This document shows positions 1-9,444 of a stretch of DNA of 64,000 nt, piece after piece. The position numbers and the translations under genes were made by a program. Positions within the stretch are counted from its first letter, which is position 1; each line of letters starts with the position of its first letter. The notes under the pieces are model-generated. The model saw only the letters and a program-made list of their open reading frames with translations, made no database searches and was not told where the DNA came from. Source of the DNA: Bacteroidota bacterium (lineage in GTDB: Bacteria; Bacteroidota; Bacteroidia; Bacteroidales; GCA-2748055); NCBI GenBank assembly GCA_039714915.1, contig JBDLIM010000002.1:7309-71308 (forward strand). Reading direction: 5' to 3'.

Positions 1-1
1 T

Positions 2-442
2 TCCCATGATTATATAGACGAAGATCGAATTGGCATTTTTGGCTGGAGCTATGGGGGTTACATGACAAGCCTGGTGATGACCAAAGGGAAAGGTACCTTT
101 AAGATGGGCATTGCAGTGGCTCCGGTAACCACCTGGAGGTACTACGATACGGTTTATACAGAAAGATTTATGCGTACGCCCCGGGAAAATCCCAAAGGCT
201 ATGATGACAATTCACCCATTAATTTTGCAGACGGACTGGAGGGTAAACTTCTGCTGATCCATGGAAGTGGCGATGACAACGTACATTATCAGAATTCCAT
301 GGATTTTGTGGAAGCGCTGGTGCAGGCCGACAAACAGTTCGAGATGCAGTTCTACCCCAACAAGAATCATGGAATTTACGGAGGGAACACCTCCTACCAT
401 CTCTATGCCCGAATGACCGAATTTATCCTGGAGAATCTATAG
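2..442 (+). CDS. Prolyl oligopeptidase family S9B (dipeptidyl peptidase IV-like), C-terminal fragment; 5' end lies outside the window
   Basis: The frame is open from the window edge. It carries the catalytic triad context: 'GWSYGGYM' (nucleophile Ser), 'HGSGDDNVH' (Asp) and 'NKNHGI' (His). Confidence 0.8.
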   Translation, partial: SHDYIDEDRIGIFGWSYGGYMTSLVMTKGKGTFKMGIAVAPVTTWRYYDTVYTERFMRTPRENPKGYDDNSPINFADGLEGKLLLIHGSGDDNVHYQNSMDFVEALVQADKQFEMQFYPNKNHGIYGGNTSYHLYARMTEFILENL

Positions 443-459
443 GATCCCTTTAGTTTTAG

Positions 460-467
460 TATCTTTG
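460..467 (+). promoter_or_regulatory. Candidate Bacteroidota-type -7 promoter box (TAnnTTTG) upstream of thrS
   Basis: TATCTTTG matches TAnnTTTG exactly, 27 nt before the thrS ATG. I saw no clean -33 TTTG. Confidence 0.3.
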
Positions 468-493
468 CGAGGTTTTTTAAAATGTACATATAA

Positions 494-2452
494 ATGATCA
501 GTATAACTTTCCCTGATGGTTCTGTCAGACAGTTTGAAAAGGGCATCTCCGGAATTGAGATTGCAAAGAGCCTGAGCAACAGTCTGGCCCGTGAGGTTCT
601 GTCCATCAATGTGAATGATGAATTGTGGGACCTGACGCGCCCCATTCAGGAGGATGCAACCATCAAACTCAACAAATGGAATGATCCCGATGGCAAACAT
701 GCCTTCTGGCACTCCTCCGCCCATTTAATGGCCGAAGCCATTGAAGCTCTATATCCAGGTACTAAATTCGGAATTGGACCCGCCATCGAAAATGGATTCT
801 ATTACGATGTGGATCCGGGCGACGATGTGGTGATTAGCGATGCCGATTTGCCAGGGATTGAAAAGAAAATGAAGGAGCTTGCTTCTCAGAAGAACGGATA
901 TGAGCGCAGAGAAGTCAGCAAGGATGAAGCCTTGAGTTTTTTTGGTGATAAGGGCGATACCTATAAAACTGAACTGATTGGGGAACTGGAAGATGGCACC
1001 ATCTCATTTTACCAGCAGGGCAATTTTACCGATCTCTGCAGGGGACCCCATCTGGCCGACACCTCTCCCATTAAGGCCATAAAGCTGCTCAGTGTGGCCG
1101 GGGCCTATTGGCGTGGCGATGAAACCCGTAAACAGCTCACACGGGTTTATGGAGTTACCTTCCCTAAGGCAAAGATGCTGGAAGAGCACCTGGAGCTATT
1201 GGAACAGGCCAAACTGCGTGATCACCGTAAACTGGGGAAAGAACTGGAGTTGTTCACATTTTCCCAACGGGTGGGACCTGGTCTTCCCTTATGGCTGCCC
1301 AAAGGAGCTCAATTACGGGAACGCCTGGAGAACTTTCTGAAAAAGGTACAGCGGGATACCGGGTATGAACCGGTCATCACTCCCCATATCGGTCAGAAGG
1401 AGCTCTGGGTAACATCGGGACACTATGCCAAGTATGGAAAAGACAGTTTTCAGCCCATCAATACACCCCAGGAAGGTGAAGAGTTCTTGCTGAAACCCAT
1501 GAATTGTCCGGCCCACTGTGAAATATATAAATCCAAACCACGCTCCTATAAGGACCTGCCGGTTCGATTGGCTGAATTTGGTACTGTGTATCGCTATGAA
1601 CAGAGTGGAGAACTGCACGGGCTTACCAGGGTAAGGGGATTTACCCAGGATGATGCGCATATCTTCTGCCGCCCGGACCAGTTGAAAGAGGAGTTCATGA
1701 AGGTGATTGACATCATACTCTATATCTTTAAGACTTTAGACTTTAACGACTTCACGACTCAGGTATCGCTCAGGGATCCTGAGGATACGGAAAAGTACAT
1801 CGGATCAGATGAAAACTGGGATAAAGCTGAAAGTGCCATTGTAGAAGCGGTTGAGGCTAAAGGCATGGACAATGTGGTGGTGGAATACGGAGAAGCTGCT
1901 TTTTACGGTCCCAAACTGGACTTTATGGTGAAGGATGCACTGGGAAGGAAATGGCAGCTGGGAACCATACAGGTGGATTACAACCTACCGGAACGATTCG
2001 AACTGGAGTATATTGGAGCCGATAACCAGAAACACCAGCCCGCTATGATCCATCGTGCACCCTTCGGATCCATGGAACGGTTTGTGGCTGTTCTGATCGA
2101 ACATACCGCAGGAAAATTCCCCCTCTGGCTTACTCCCGATCAGGCTATTATACTGCCTATCAGTGAAAAATATCACGATTATGCAGAAAAAGTTTCAAAT
2201 TTCCTGAAAAATTACGATATTCGCACCCTGATTGACAAAAGGAGTGAAAAGATCGGTAAGAAGATCAGGGATAGCGAGTTAAAGCGAATTCCATATCTGC
2301 TTATCATCGGCGAAAAGGAGCAGGAAAGCAATACTGTTTCCGTTCGCAGGCAGGGAGAAGGTGATAAAGGAGTGATGAGCATGAAAGATTTTGCACATTT
2401 TTTGCAATCTGAAGTTCAAAGCCAGCTGAAAGCAAATGAAACAGATGTTTAA
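494..2452 (+). CDS. thrS: Threonyl-tRNA synthetase
   Basis: 652 aa. TGS-like N-terminus, editing-domain motif '[12 protein letters not shown]' and a class II catalytic core ('[13 protein letters not shown]'). It is followed by infC-rpmI-rplT, as in the canonical operon. Confidence 0.97.
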   Translation: MISITFPDGSVRQFEKGISGIEIAKSLSNSLAREVLSINVNDELWDLTRPIQEDATIKLNKWNDPDGKHAFWHSSAHLMAEAIEALYPGTKFGIGPAIENGFYYDVDPGDDVVISDADLPGIEKKMKELASQKNGYERREVSKDEALSFFGDKGDTYKTELIGELEDGTISFYQQGNFTDLCRGPHLADTSPIKAIKLLSVAGAYWRGDETRKQLTRVYGVTFPKAKMLEEHLELLEQAKLRDHRKLGKELELFTFSQRVGPGLPLWLPKGAQLRERLENFLKKVQRDTGYEPVITPHIGQKELWVTSGHYAKYGKDSFQPINTPQEGEEFLLKPMNCPAHCEIYKSKPRSYKDLPVRLAEFGTVYRYEQSGELHGLTRVRGFTQDDAHIFCRPDQLKEEFMKVIDIILYIFKTLDFNDFTTQVSLRDPEDTEKYIGSDENWDKAESAIVEAVEAKGMDNVVVEYGEAAFYGPKLDFMVKDALGRKWQLGTIQVDYNLPERFELEYIGADNQKHQPAMIHRAPFGSMERFVAVLIEHTAGKFPLWLTPDQAIILPISEKYHDYAEKVSNFLKNYDIRTLIDKRSEKIGKKIRDSELKRIPYLLIIGEKEQESNTVSVRRQGEGDKGVMSMKDFAHFLQSEVQSQLKANETDV

Positions 2453-2461
2453 CTAAAGTAT

Positions 2462-2467
2462 AGGAGG
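2462..2467 (+). promoter_or_regulatory. Shine-Dalgarno-like AGGAGG ahead of the inferred infC start
   Basis: A perfect AGGAGG lies 7 nt upstream of ATA 2475, in the infC frame. Confidence 0.5.
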
Positions 2468-2474
2468 AAGAGTC

Positions 2475-3041
2475 ATAGCAGGACCAGGCCATTATCGCAG
2501 AAGACAAAACGATCGCAACAAAGACCGGATCTTTTTCAGGACCAATGAATCAATCCGTGCCACTTCAGTTCGCCTTGTTGGAGAGAACATTGAAAACCCG
2601 GGAGTGGTTTCTATTGCAGAAGCCCTTAAAATTGCCGATTCACTGGATCTCGACCTCGTGGAAATTTCACCCAAGGCCGATCCACCCGTGTGCAGGGCAA
2701 TTGATTACCAGAAATTTCTCTACCAGCAGAAAAAGAAACAGAAGGAGATGAAGTCCAAAGCCACTAAAATAGTGGTAAAGGAGATTAGATTCGGGCCCAA
2801 TACGGATGAGCATGACTATAGTTTTAAACTAAAGCATGCATTGAAGTTCCTCGAAGATGGAGCCAAACTTAAGGCCTTTGTCTTTTTCAAAGGCAGGTCT
2901 ATTTTATATAAAGAGAAAGGTGAGATCCTTTTGCTCCGCCTGGCCCAGGACCTGGAAGAGGTTGGCAAGGTGGAACAGCTTCCGAAACTGGAAGGAAAAC
3001 GGATGACCATGTTTATGGCACCTAAAGTGAAGAAAAAATAA
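2475..3041 (+). CDS. infC: Translation initiation factor IF-3, inferred non-canonical ATA start
   Basis: The ORF-track start (GTG 2604) cuts off the conserved N-terminus '[25 protein letters not shown]'. The frame is open back to the stop at 2454-2456 with no ATG/GTG/TTG/CTG in between. '[26 protein letters not shown]' is typical of IF3. Confidence 0.85.
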   Translation: MAGPGHYRRRQNDRNKDRIFFRTNESIRATSVRLVGENIENPGVVSIAEALKIADSLDLDLVEISPKADPPVCRAIDYQKFLYQQKKKQKEMKSKATKIVVKEIRFGPNTDEHDYSFKLKHALKFLEDGAKLKAFVFFKGRSILYKEKGEILLLRLAQDLEEVGKVEQLPKLEGKRMTMFMAPKVKKK

Positions 3042-3066
3042 GTTGTATAGTTAAATAGTTGGAATA

Positions 3067-3264
3067 ATGCCAAAAATGAAAACAAATCCGGGAGCGAAGA
3101 AGAGATTTACACTCACCGGAACTGGTAAAATCAAAAGAAAGCACGCTTTTAAAAGCCATATTCTTACCAAAAAATCGAAGAAGCGCAAGCGGAACCTTAC
3201 CTATTTTGGTGAAGTTCACAAAGCAGATGAAGATAATATCAAGCGTCTTCTCTCCATGAAGTAA
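3067..3264 (+). CDS. rpmI: 50S ribosomal protein L35
   Basis: 65 aa and very basic, starting '[14 protein letters not shown]'. Sits between infC and rplT. Confidence 0.95.
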   Translation: MPKMKTNPGAKKRFTLTGTGKIKRKHAFKSHILTKKSKKRKRNLTYFGEVHKADEDNIKRLLSMK

Positions 3265-3363
3265 GAATCAGATTCTTTTGAAAAACAGGTAAACGAGTTA
3301 TTGACCAGGATGTAGCGCATAAAAGTGCCGGAACGGCCGCCTGCACCCAAAAAATGAAAAAAA

Positions 3364-3708
3364 ATGCCAAAAGCAACAAATGCTGTCGCATCAAGACAGA
3401 GAAGAAAAAAAGTAATGAAGCAGACCAAAGGATACTTTGGTCGCAGGAAGAATGTTTGGACGGTTTCTAAGAACGCCTACGAAAAAGGCCTCACTTATGC
3501 TTATCGCGACCGTCGTAAGAAAAAGGCCAGTTTCAGGGCACTGTGGATCCAGCGGATCAATGCAGCAGTTCGTGAGCACGGAATGTCCTACTCCGAATTT
3601 ATGGGAAAACTCAGCAAATCAGGCATTGAGATCAACCGCAAGGTCCTTGCCGATCTGGCCATGAATGATCCACAAGCTTTTGAAGCCATCGTTAAGAAAC
3701 TGAAGTAA
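3364..3708 (+). CDS. rplT: 50S ribosomal protein L20
   Basis: 114 aa. '[30 protein letters not shown]' is typical of L20. Confidence 0.95.
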   Translation: MPKATNAVASRQRRKKVMKQTKGYFGRRKNVWTVSKNAYEKGLTYAYRDRRKKKASFRALWIQRINAAVREHGMSYSEFMGKLSKSGIEINRKVLADLAMNDPQAFEAIVKKLK

Positions 3709-3731
3709 ATCAGAAGCTGAACCACATCAAG

Positions 3732-3767
3732 AGGCTGTACCTCCATAAGGGGTTCAGCCTTTTTTTA
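3732..3767 (+). terminator. Rho-independent terminator of the thrS-infC-rpmI-rplT operon
   Basis: Stem AGGCTG.ACC / GGT.CAGCC around loop CATAA, followed by TTTTTTT. Confidence 0.8.
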
Positions 3768-3805
3768 TTGCCTCGCAAGGTTAATTTTTAGTAGTGATTA
3801 GTTAG

Positions 3806-3813
3806 TACCTTTG
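3806..3813 (+). promoter_or_regulatory. Candidate -7 box (TACCTTTG) just upstream of dapB
   Basis: Exact TAnnTTTG match, but only 5 nt from the ATG. That would imply a nearly leaderless transcript. Confidence 0.25.
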
Positions 3814-3817
3814 GAAT

Positions 3818-4537
3818 ATGAACATAGCACTGATCGGATACGGAAAGATGGGTAAAACCATTGAGAAACTAGGTTTGGAACAGGGATTAAGTTTCCCATT
3901 AATCATAGATGAGAACAATCCCGGCGATTTGAATGCCACCAGGCTGAAAGAGATCGACGTGGCTGTTGAATTTACTGTTCCGGAAGCGGCTCCTGAGAAT
4001 ATTCTAAGCTGCCTTGAATATGGAATTCCGGTGGTTTCAGGGACCACAGGATGGAATGATCGCTTCGGTGAGATTGAAGCCTTCTGTAATCAAAGGGGAG
4101 GCAGCTTATTTTATGCAAGTAACTTCAGCATCGGGGTCAATATTCTATTTGCTATGAATCAGCAACTTGCCCGGATTATGAATCAGTTTCCCGCGTACCG
4201 GGCATCCATGAAGGAGACACATCACATTCACAAACTGGATGCTCCCAGCGGAACTGCCATATCCCTGGCTCAGCAAATCATTAAAGAGAATGATCGCATT
4301 GAAGAGTGGGAATTAATGGGATCAGACTCAGGAAGTGATTCCCTGAAAATAGAGGCAATTCGCGAAGGAGAGGTAAAGGGAATACATACCATAAGCTATG
4401 AGTCTGATGTGGATTTCATTTCACTTGGTCACCATGCCAAATCAAGGGATGCCTTTGTGGCAGGGGCCCTTCTGGCGGTTCAATTCATCCGGAAAAAAAA
4501 GGGGGTATACGGAATGGAGGATCTCCTTAATCTTTAG
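3818..4537 (+). CDS. dapB: 4-hydroxy-tetrahydrodipicolinate reductase
   Basis: 239 aa. Rossmann N-terminus 'MNIALIGYGKMGK' and substrate-domain motif 'ETHHIHKLDAPSGTA'. Confidence 0.9.
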   Translation: MNIALIGYGKMGKTIEKLGLEQGLSFPLIIDENNPGDLNATRLKEIDVAVEFTVPEAAPENILSCLEYGIPVVSGTTGWNDRFGEIEAFCNQRGGSLFYASNFSIGVNILFAMNQQLARIMNQFPAYRASMKETHHIHKLDAPSGTAISLAQQIIKENDRIEEWELMGSDSGSDSLKIEAIREGEVKGIHTISYESDVDFISLGHHAKSRDAFVAGALLAVQFIRKKKGVYGMEDLLNL

Positions 4538-4547
4538 ATAATTACTA

Positions 4548-5867
4548 ATGAGCAAATTGGCATGGAAATACCTGGGCTTTGCACTTACAGGGCTTATTTG
4601 GTCCCTGCTGAGTATCTGGACCCAGCTCTGGTACCTGCTGGCACTAAACCTGGTATTCTATGATCTTTTTGTAAGCAAAAAGGTGGACTGGACGCTGCGC
4701 AAGTACGGATTGCCACGTCACCTTCAATCCTTTATCGAATGGTTTGCCATCCTGATCCTTGCCATCATATGTTCCTTTTCCATCAAAGTATTATTTGTTG
4801 AAGCCTATAAGATCCCCACTCCCTCCATGGAAGAGACCCTGCTCGCAGGAGATTATATCTTTGTAAGCAAACTGGCTTACGGGCCCAGACTGCCGGAAAC
4901 ACCCCTCGCCTTCCCCTTCTATCACAATAAGCTTCCTTCAGGGAAAAAATCCTATTCGGAACGCATCCAAATGCCCTATAAACGACTACATGGCTTTTCC
5001 AGGGTGAAACGAAACGACGTCATTGTCTTCAATTTCCCTGAAGGCGACACCATGGTTGTACAATACCCCGGACAAAACTATTATTCCCTGGTGAGGCAAT
5101 ATGGCCGGGAATACATTCTTTCCGAATTTGATGTGGTCACCCACCCCGTGGATAAACGCGAAAATTATGTGAAACGATGCATAGGTATGCCCGGCGACAC
5201 GGTCCGGATCTATAATGGAGAGATCAGGGTGAATGGCGGGATCAAGTCTCCTTTGCCCTTGCAGAAGTTCAAATATTATGTAAGCACTACAGGTGATCCC
5301 CTGCCCGATGAACTCCTTGATTCGTTAAAAATCCTTAAATCTTCTGTCACCTACAATCCTGTCAATTCCCTCCACGTTTTATACCTGGCAGCCGAAAATG
5401 TAAAATCTTTGAAATCCTATCCCACGGTGAGAAGCATAAAAAAATATGCGGAACCCACCCTATCCTTTCAGAACCAGGAAATCTTTCCCCATAGCAACAA
5501 TTACCGGTGGACAGGGGATAATTTTGGCCCTGTGAAAGTACCTGCCCGCGGTGATTCCATTGCTGTCAGCATCTTAAATCTACCTTTATATCAGCGGATT
5601 ATTGATGTATATGAGCAAAATGACCTTGAAGTAGCTGATGGGGATGTATACATTAACGGCCTGGTGGCGGACACCTATGTATTTAAGATGGATTATTTCT
5701 TTGTGATGGGAGATAACCATCACAATTCGGCCGATTCCAGGTATTGGGGTTTTGTACCCGAAGATCACCTTCTGGGGAAGGCTGTGAATGTCTGGTTCTC
5801 TCTTGAACCTGATAAATCCTTCCTTGAAGGTTTAAGAAAAGAACGTATCTTTAGCTCCATTAAATAA
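4548..5867 (+). CDS. lepB: Signal peptidase I, paralog 1, with an extended multi-TM N-terminus
   Basis: Catalytic Ser box '[10 protein letters not shown]', Lys box '[11 protein letters not shown]' and '[20 protein letters not shown]'. Confidence 0.9.
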   Translation: MSKLAWKYLGFALTGLIWSLLSIWTQLWYLLALNLVFYDLFVSKKVDWTLRKYGLPRHLQSFIEWFAILILAIICSFSIKVLFVEAYKIPTPSMEETLLAGDYIFVSKLAYGPRLPETPLAFPFYHNKLPSGKKSYSERIQMPYKRLHGFSRVKRNDVIVFNFPEGDTMVVQYPGQNYYSLVRQYGREYILSEFDVVTHPVDKRENYVKRCIGMPGDTVRIYNGEIRVNGGIKSPLPLQKFKYYVSTTGDPLPDELLDSLKILKSSVTYNPVNSLHVLYLAAENVKSLKSYPTVRSIKKYAEPTLSFQNQEIFPHSNNYRWTGDNFGPVKVPARGDSIAVSILNLPLYQRIIDVYEQNDLEVADGDVYINGLVADTYVFKMDYFFVMGDNHHNSADSRYWGFVPEDHLLGKAVNVWFSLEPDKSFLEGLRKERIFSSIK

Positions 5868-5875
5868 TCTTGAAG

Positions 5876-7291
5876 ATGAATTACCGCAACTTATTGAAAA
5901 ACAAATATTTCAGATTCGGTGTAGCTGTATTTATATATATTCTTTTCGTAATCTGGCTTAAAAACTTCTGGTTTCTTCTGGGAATCCCGGTGGTATATGA
6001 TATATACGTCACCAAGAAAGTGAACTGGTCCTTCTGGAAAAGCAGAAAAAAGAAAAACAACGTACTGATCGAATGGCTGGATGCCCTGATCTTTGCGGTA
6101 GTGGCTGTCTCTCTGATTAACATATTCCTGTTCCAGAATTACAAGATCCCGACTCCTTCCATGGAAGGAAGCCTTCTTGTGGGTGACCATCTCTATGTAA
6201 GCAAAACCGCTTACGGCCCCCGCACACCAAATACCCCCCTGGCCATTCCCTTCCTGCCAAATACCGTACTTGGCGGAAAATCATACCTGGAATGGATCCA
6301 TCGCCCCTACAAACGTTTGAAGGGATTCAATAATGTTAAAAAAGACGATATAGCAGTATTTAATTTTCCGGCATCCGATACAGTTGCACTGGAAAAATCA
6401 GATCACAAGTTATACGCTAAAGGCAATTTTGATTATTATGACCTGATCAGGGATGAAGCCTATACCCTGATGATGACCGATCAGGAACGAAATAACAGAA
6501 CCCGGCCCTATAAGGTATATGAAAGCTATGTCAGGAAACAAATTGCTGAGAAATTTGATGTGGAAACCCGGCCGGTGGACCGGCGTGACAATTATATCAA
6601 GCGATGTGTGGCCACCCCTGGCCAAACCCTGGAGGTAATCAATAATGAGGTGTATGTGAACGGGGAAAAACAGAAGGAATTTGAAGGCATACAGCGCTGG
6701 TATAATGTAAAAACCAATGGAACCCCCATCAATCCCAGGTCGCTTGAGCCCTATGGCATCAGCAAGAGCCTGGCCGATGTGAGGAATAATCCGAATTACA
6801 CCTTTCCCATCACAAGCAAGATTGCCGAACAGATCAGGGTCTTGCCGGGCATTGTAAGCGTGGAAGCCATAAACCTGTTTACGATTGGACAATACGATCG
6901 GGATATCTTCCCTCATTCTGAAGCTTACCCCTGGAACCTGGAATTTTTTGGACCACTGACCATACCGGCTAAGGGTTCAAGCGTAGAGATCAATACCACC
7001 AACCTGCCCCTGTACAGGAGGATCATTGAAGCCTATGAACAAAATGATCTGGAGATCAGTGACGATGTAATCTATATTAACGGGGAAGCAGTTAACTCTT
7101 ACACATTTCAGATGGATTACTTCTTTATGATGGGTGACAACCGCCACAACTCGGCCGATTCAAGATTCTGGGGCTTTGTTCCGGAAGACCACATCATTGG
7201 AAAACCTCGCCTGATCTGGCTGAGCGTGAATAAGGAATATGGCAAGATCAGGTGGAATCGCATGTTCCGCATTGTCAGAGCAAGCAGGTAA
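5876..7291 (+). CDS. lepB: Signal peptidase I, paralog 2
   Basis: Same boxes as paralog 1: '[10 protein letters not shown]', '[11 protein letters not shown]' and '[20 protein letters not shown]'. I prefer ATG 5876 over the TTG 5870 given in the ORF track. Confidence 0.9.
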   Translation: MNYRNLLKNKYFRFGVAVFIYILFVIWLKNFWFLLGIPVVYDIYVTKKVNWSFWKSRKKKNNVLIEWLDALIFAVVAVSLINIFLFQNYKIPTPSMEGSLLVGDHLYVSKTAYGPRTPNTPLAIPFLPNTVLGGKSYLEWIHRPYKRLKGFNNVKKDDIAVFNFPASDTVALEKSDHKLYAKGNFDYYDLIRDEAYTLMMTDQERNNRTRPYKVYESYVRKQIAEKFDVETRPVDRRDNYIKRCVATPGQTLEVINNEVYVNGEKQKEFEGIQRWYNVKTNGTPINPRSLEPYGISKSLADVRNNPNYTFPITSKIAEQIRVLPGIVSVEAINLFTIGQYDRDIFPHSEAYPWNLEFFGPLTIPAKGSSVEINTTNLPLYRRIIEAYEQNDLEISDDVIYINGEAVNSYTFQMDYFFMMGDNRHNSADSRFWGFVPEDHIIGKPRLIWLSVNKEYGKIRWNRMFRIVRASR

Positions 7292-7955
7292 GGACCTGTA
7301 TATTATAATCCCGGGCTCATTGATCTATCCTGCGCTCTATAACGGACCTTTGAATTATTTTGCCCGTCTGGTAAGGGAGAAAGAAATCCATCTGGAACAA
7401 TTTGACCATTACACCAAACAGACCTACCGGAACCGATGTAATATCCTGGGTCCCAATGGAGTTATATCCCTTTCCATTCCTGTAAAAAAAAAGCATGGAA
7501 CAAAGAGTTTAGTACGGGATATCAGGATCGATTACGACATGGCCTGGAACAGGAGTCACTGGCGAAGCCTGGTGGCTTCCTATGCATCCTCGCCGTTCTT
7601 TGAATACATATCCGACGATCTGACCTGGTTCTATACAAACAAATTCGATTTCCTGATTGACTTTAATCTGCAGATGCTTGAAAGCATCATGGGATGGATG
7701 GGGCTCCATATTCCAGTCTCCTGCACGGTCTCTTTCATGGAGATCCTGAATGAATCTGATCCCAGGCATTTCATCCACCCCAAAATAGACGAAACGATCG
7801 CAGATCCTGATTTTCAAAAAGTTGAATATCACCAGGTCTTTTCCGATCGTTTCGGTTTCCAGCCCAACCTGAGCGTTCTCGATTTGCTATTCAACGAGGG
7901 CCCGGGGGCACATGGCATCCTTCTTAAAAGTCTCAGAACTTATAGCCCAGGGTGA
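7239..7955 (+). CDS. WbqC-like family protein; start codon uncertain
   Basis: '[26 protein letters not shown]' and '[27 protein letters not shown]' resemble the WbqC family. ATG 7239 overlaps lepB2 by 53 nt. There is no canonical start after the lepB2 stop before the conserved N-terminus. Confidence 0.7.
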   Translation: MARSGGIACSALSEQAGKDLYIIIPGSLIYPALYNGPLNYFARLVREKEIHLEQFDHYTKQTYRNRCNILGPNGVISLSIPVKKKHGTKSLVRDIRIDYDMAWNRSHWRSLVASYASSPFFEYISDDLTWFYTNKFDFLIDFNLQMLESIMGWMGLHIPVSCTVSFMEILNESDPRHFIHPKIDETIADPDFQKVEYHQVFSDRFGFQPNLSVLDLLFNEGPGAHGILLKSLRTYSPG

Positions 7956-9381
7956 ACATCAGATTGTGGTTCCTGATGTCATTGATGGAAACTTCATTAG
8001 TTCCGGGTTCAAAAGCATACAATCCCTGTACCTCTGTCCTGTCAGAGTAGCTATAACTTACATCAAAAAATATTTGCCTGGATCTGAATCCAATCCCTCC
8101 GGTATACACAAAGGCTTCTGCATTGTTCCTGTCGTCCGAAAAGGGACTCATCAGGTATTTTGCTCCGGCCCGTAGATAGATTGGCTCGATGCGAAGCTCG
8201 GCACCTGCATTTATATTATGTGTCGCGTGCAAATCCTGCCTGATCTGGTCATTCTCCTCGATAAATTTATAATCATAAGCATCCAGCCTGGAGGATGAAT
8301 AATCCACATATTCATATCCTGCTGAAAAAGTGGCTATCCTGAACAGAATAAGCGAAGCATTGGCATTGGCCCTGAAGGGGGATTGTAGTCTGTAATCGTA
8401 GATCCCGTTGGGAGATGTTGCCGTGGTATCGGGTATACCTGAACCATTGTCCCAGGTAGAACTCATATCCGTATATTTCTCATCAGTCAGCCTGTAATAG
8501 GTGGGTAAATGTAAGGTAGCACCCACTCGCAACATCTGAAACGGCCTGAGTATCATTCCGATCCGGCCTGTATACCCCCAGCCCCTGGTGCTGTTAAACT
8601 CCCTGAAACTAAAACTGTTAAAATCCAGTACCTGGTCCTCCACATCAGATTCCGTATGGTATATTTCTTCATTAAATCTGACTGCATGAATACCAAAGGT
8701 TGCTCCCAGGTAGAGCAGGTTACTGACATTAACAGCCCCTGAAAGTGAATACTCACCAATGTAACCCGATTGTTCCGACAGGCGATACACATCCTGTCCA
8801 TAGCCATCAAGCTGCATGTCATGCCAGTAGGCTTCTGCAGTGGCATCATAGGGCATAAGGTAGCTGTCAAAGGCCAGCTGCTCATAGTAAGCATTCAGGT
8901 CATCCGGACTCTCATTGGCATGCCAGGTAAAATCGTCAAGCAGGGAAGAATTGTCATTGACACCCCGTATGGTAGTCCGGTTATTGAAGTTTGCCAGGGT
9001 ATTATAACCCACCGCAAATGCAAAACCCGCAATTCCACTGTTATCCGTTGATATTCCCCGGGCGAACCCGGCACTACCCACATTTAACCTCATCTGGGAA
9101 TCATCAAAGCCACTTCCCATGAAATTTGAAGCAGTCCTGGTCCAGTAAAAGGAGGGTGAAAATGAAAGCTCGGAGGATCGGTAAAACCCCAGTCCGGCCG
9201 GATTTGTAACAAGAGATGAAAGGTCGCTTCCCAGAGCACCGATGGCCCCACCCTGTGCGGCATACCTTGCGGTACCAAAGAGATTATACTGGGAATATCT
9301 GAGAGCCTGCATGGCGTTCTGTGCTTCCAGGGACATGAAAGAACATACAAATAGCAGGGCTATAAAGGAATACTTTTTCAT
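7933..9381 (-). CDS. Outer-membrane beta-barrel protein, FadL/TodX/PorV-like
   Basis: Signal peptide 'MKKYSFIALLFVCSFMSLEAQ'. N-terminal 'GGAIGALGSDLSSLVTNPAGLGF' (the NPAG motif seen in the FadL-like family), alternating beta-strand pattern and C-terminal '...LGYKF' ending in Phe. Confidence 0.6.
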   Translation of the reverse strand: MKKYSFIALLFVCSFMSLEAQNAMQALRYSQYNLFGTARYAAQGGAIGALGSDLSSLVTNPAGLGFYRSSELSFSPSFYWTRTASNFMGSGFDDSQMRLNVGSAGFARGISTDNSGIAGFAFAVGYNTLANFNNRTTIRGVNDNSSLLDDFTWHANESPDDLNAYYEQLAFDSYLMPYDATAEAYWHDMQLDGYGQDVYRLSEQSGYIGEYSLSGAVNVSNLLYLGATFGIHAVRFNEEIYHTESDVEDQVLDFNSFSFREFNSTRGWGYTGRIGMILRPFQMLRVGATLHLPTYYRLTDEKYTDMSSTWDNGSGIPDTTATSPNGIYDYRLQSPFRANANASLILFRIATFSAGYEYVDYSSSRLDAYDYKFIEENDQIRQDLHATHNINAGAELRIEPIYLRAGAKYLMSPFSDDRNNAEAFVYTGGIGFRSRQIFFDVSYSYSDRTEVQGLYAFEPGTNEVSINDIRNHNLMFTLGYKF

Positions 9382-9444
9382 AGCAATATGTTTTGGTTCT
9401 TTGGAAAACCGGGATCCTTTTAAGATCCCGGGTTGAATGACAGT

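Noticed and set aside
3265-3363. Unusually long (99 nt) rpmI-rplT spacer, examined for an L20-binding leader-like structure
   Set aside because: I saw only short, weak palindromes (for example AAGAATC-A-GATTCTT) and nothing resembling a pseudoknot or irregular-helix mimic of the L20 rRNA site.
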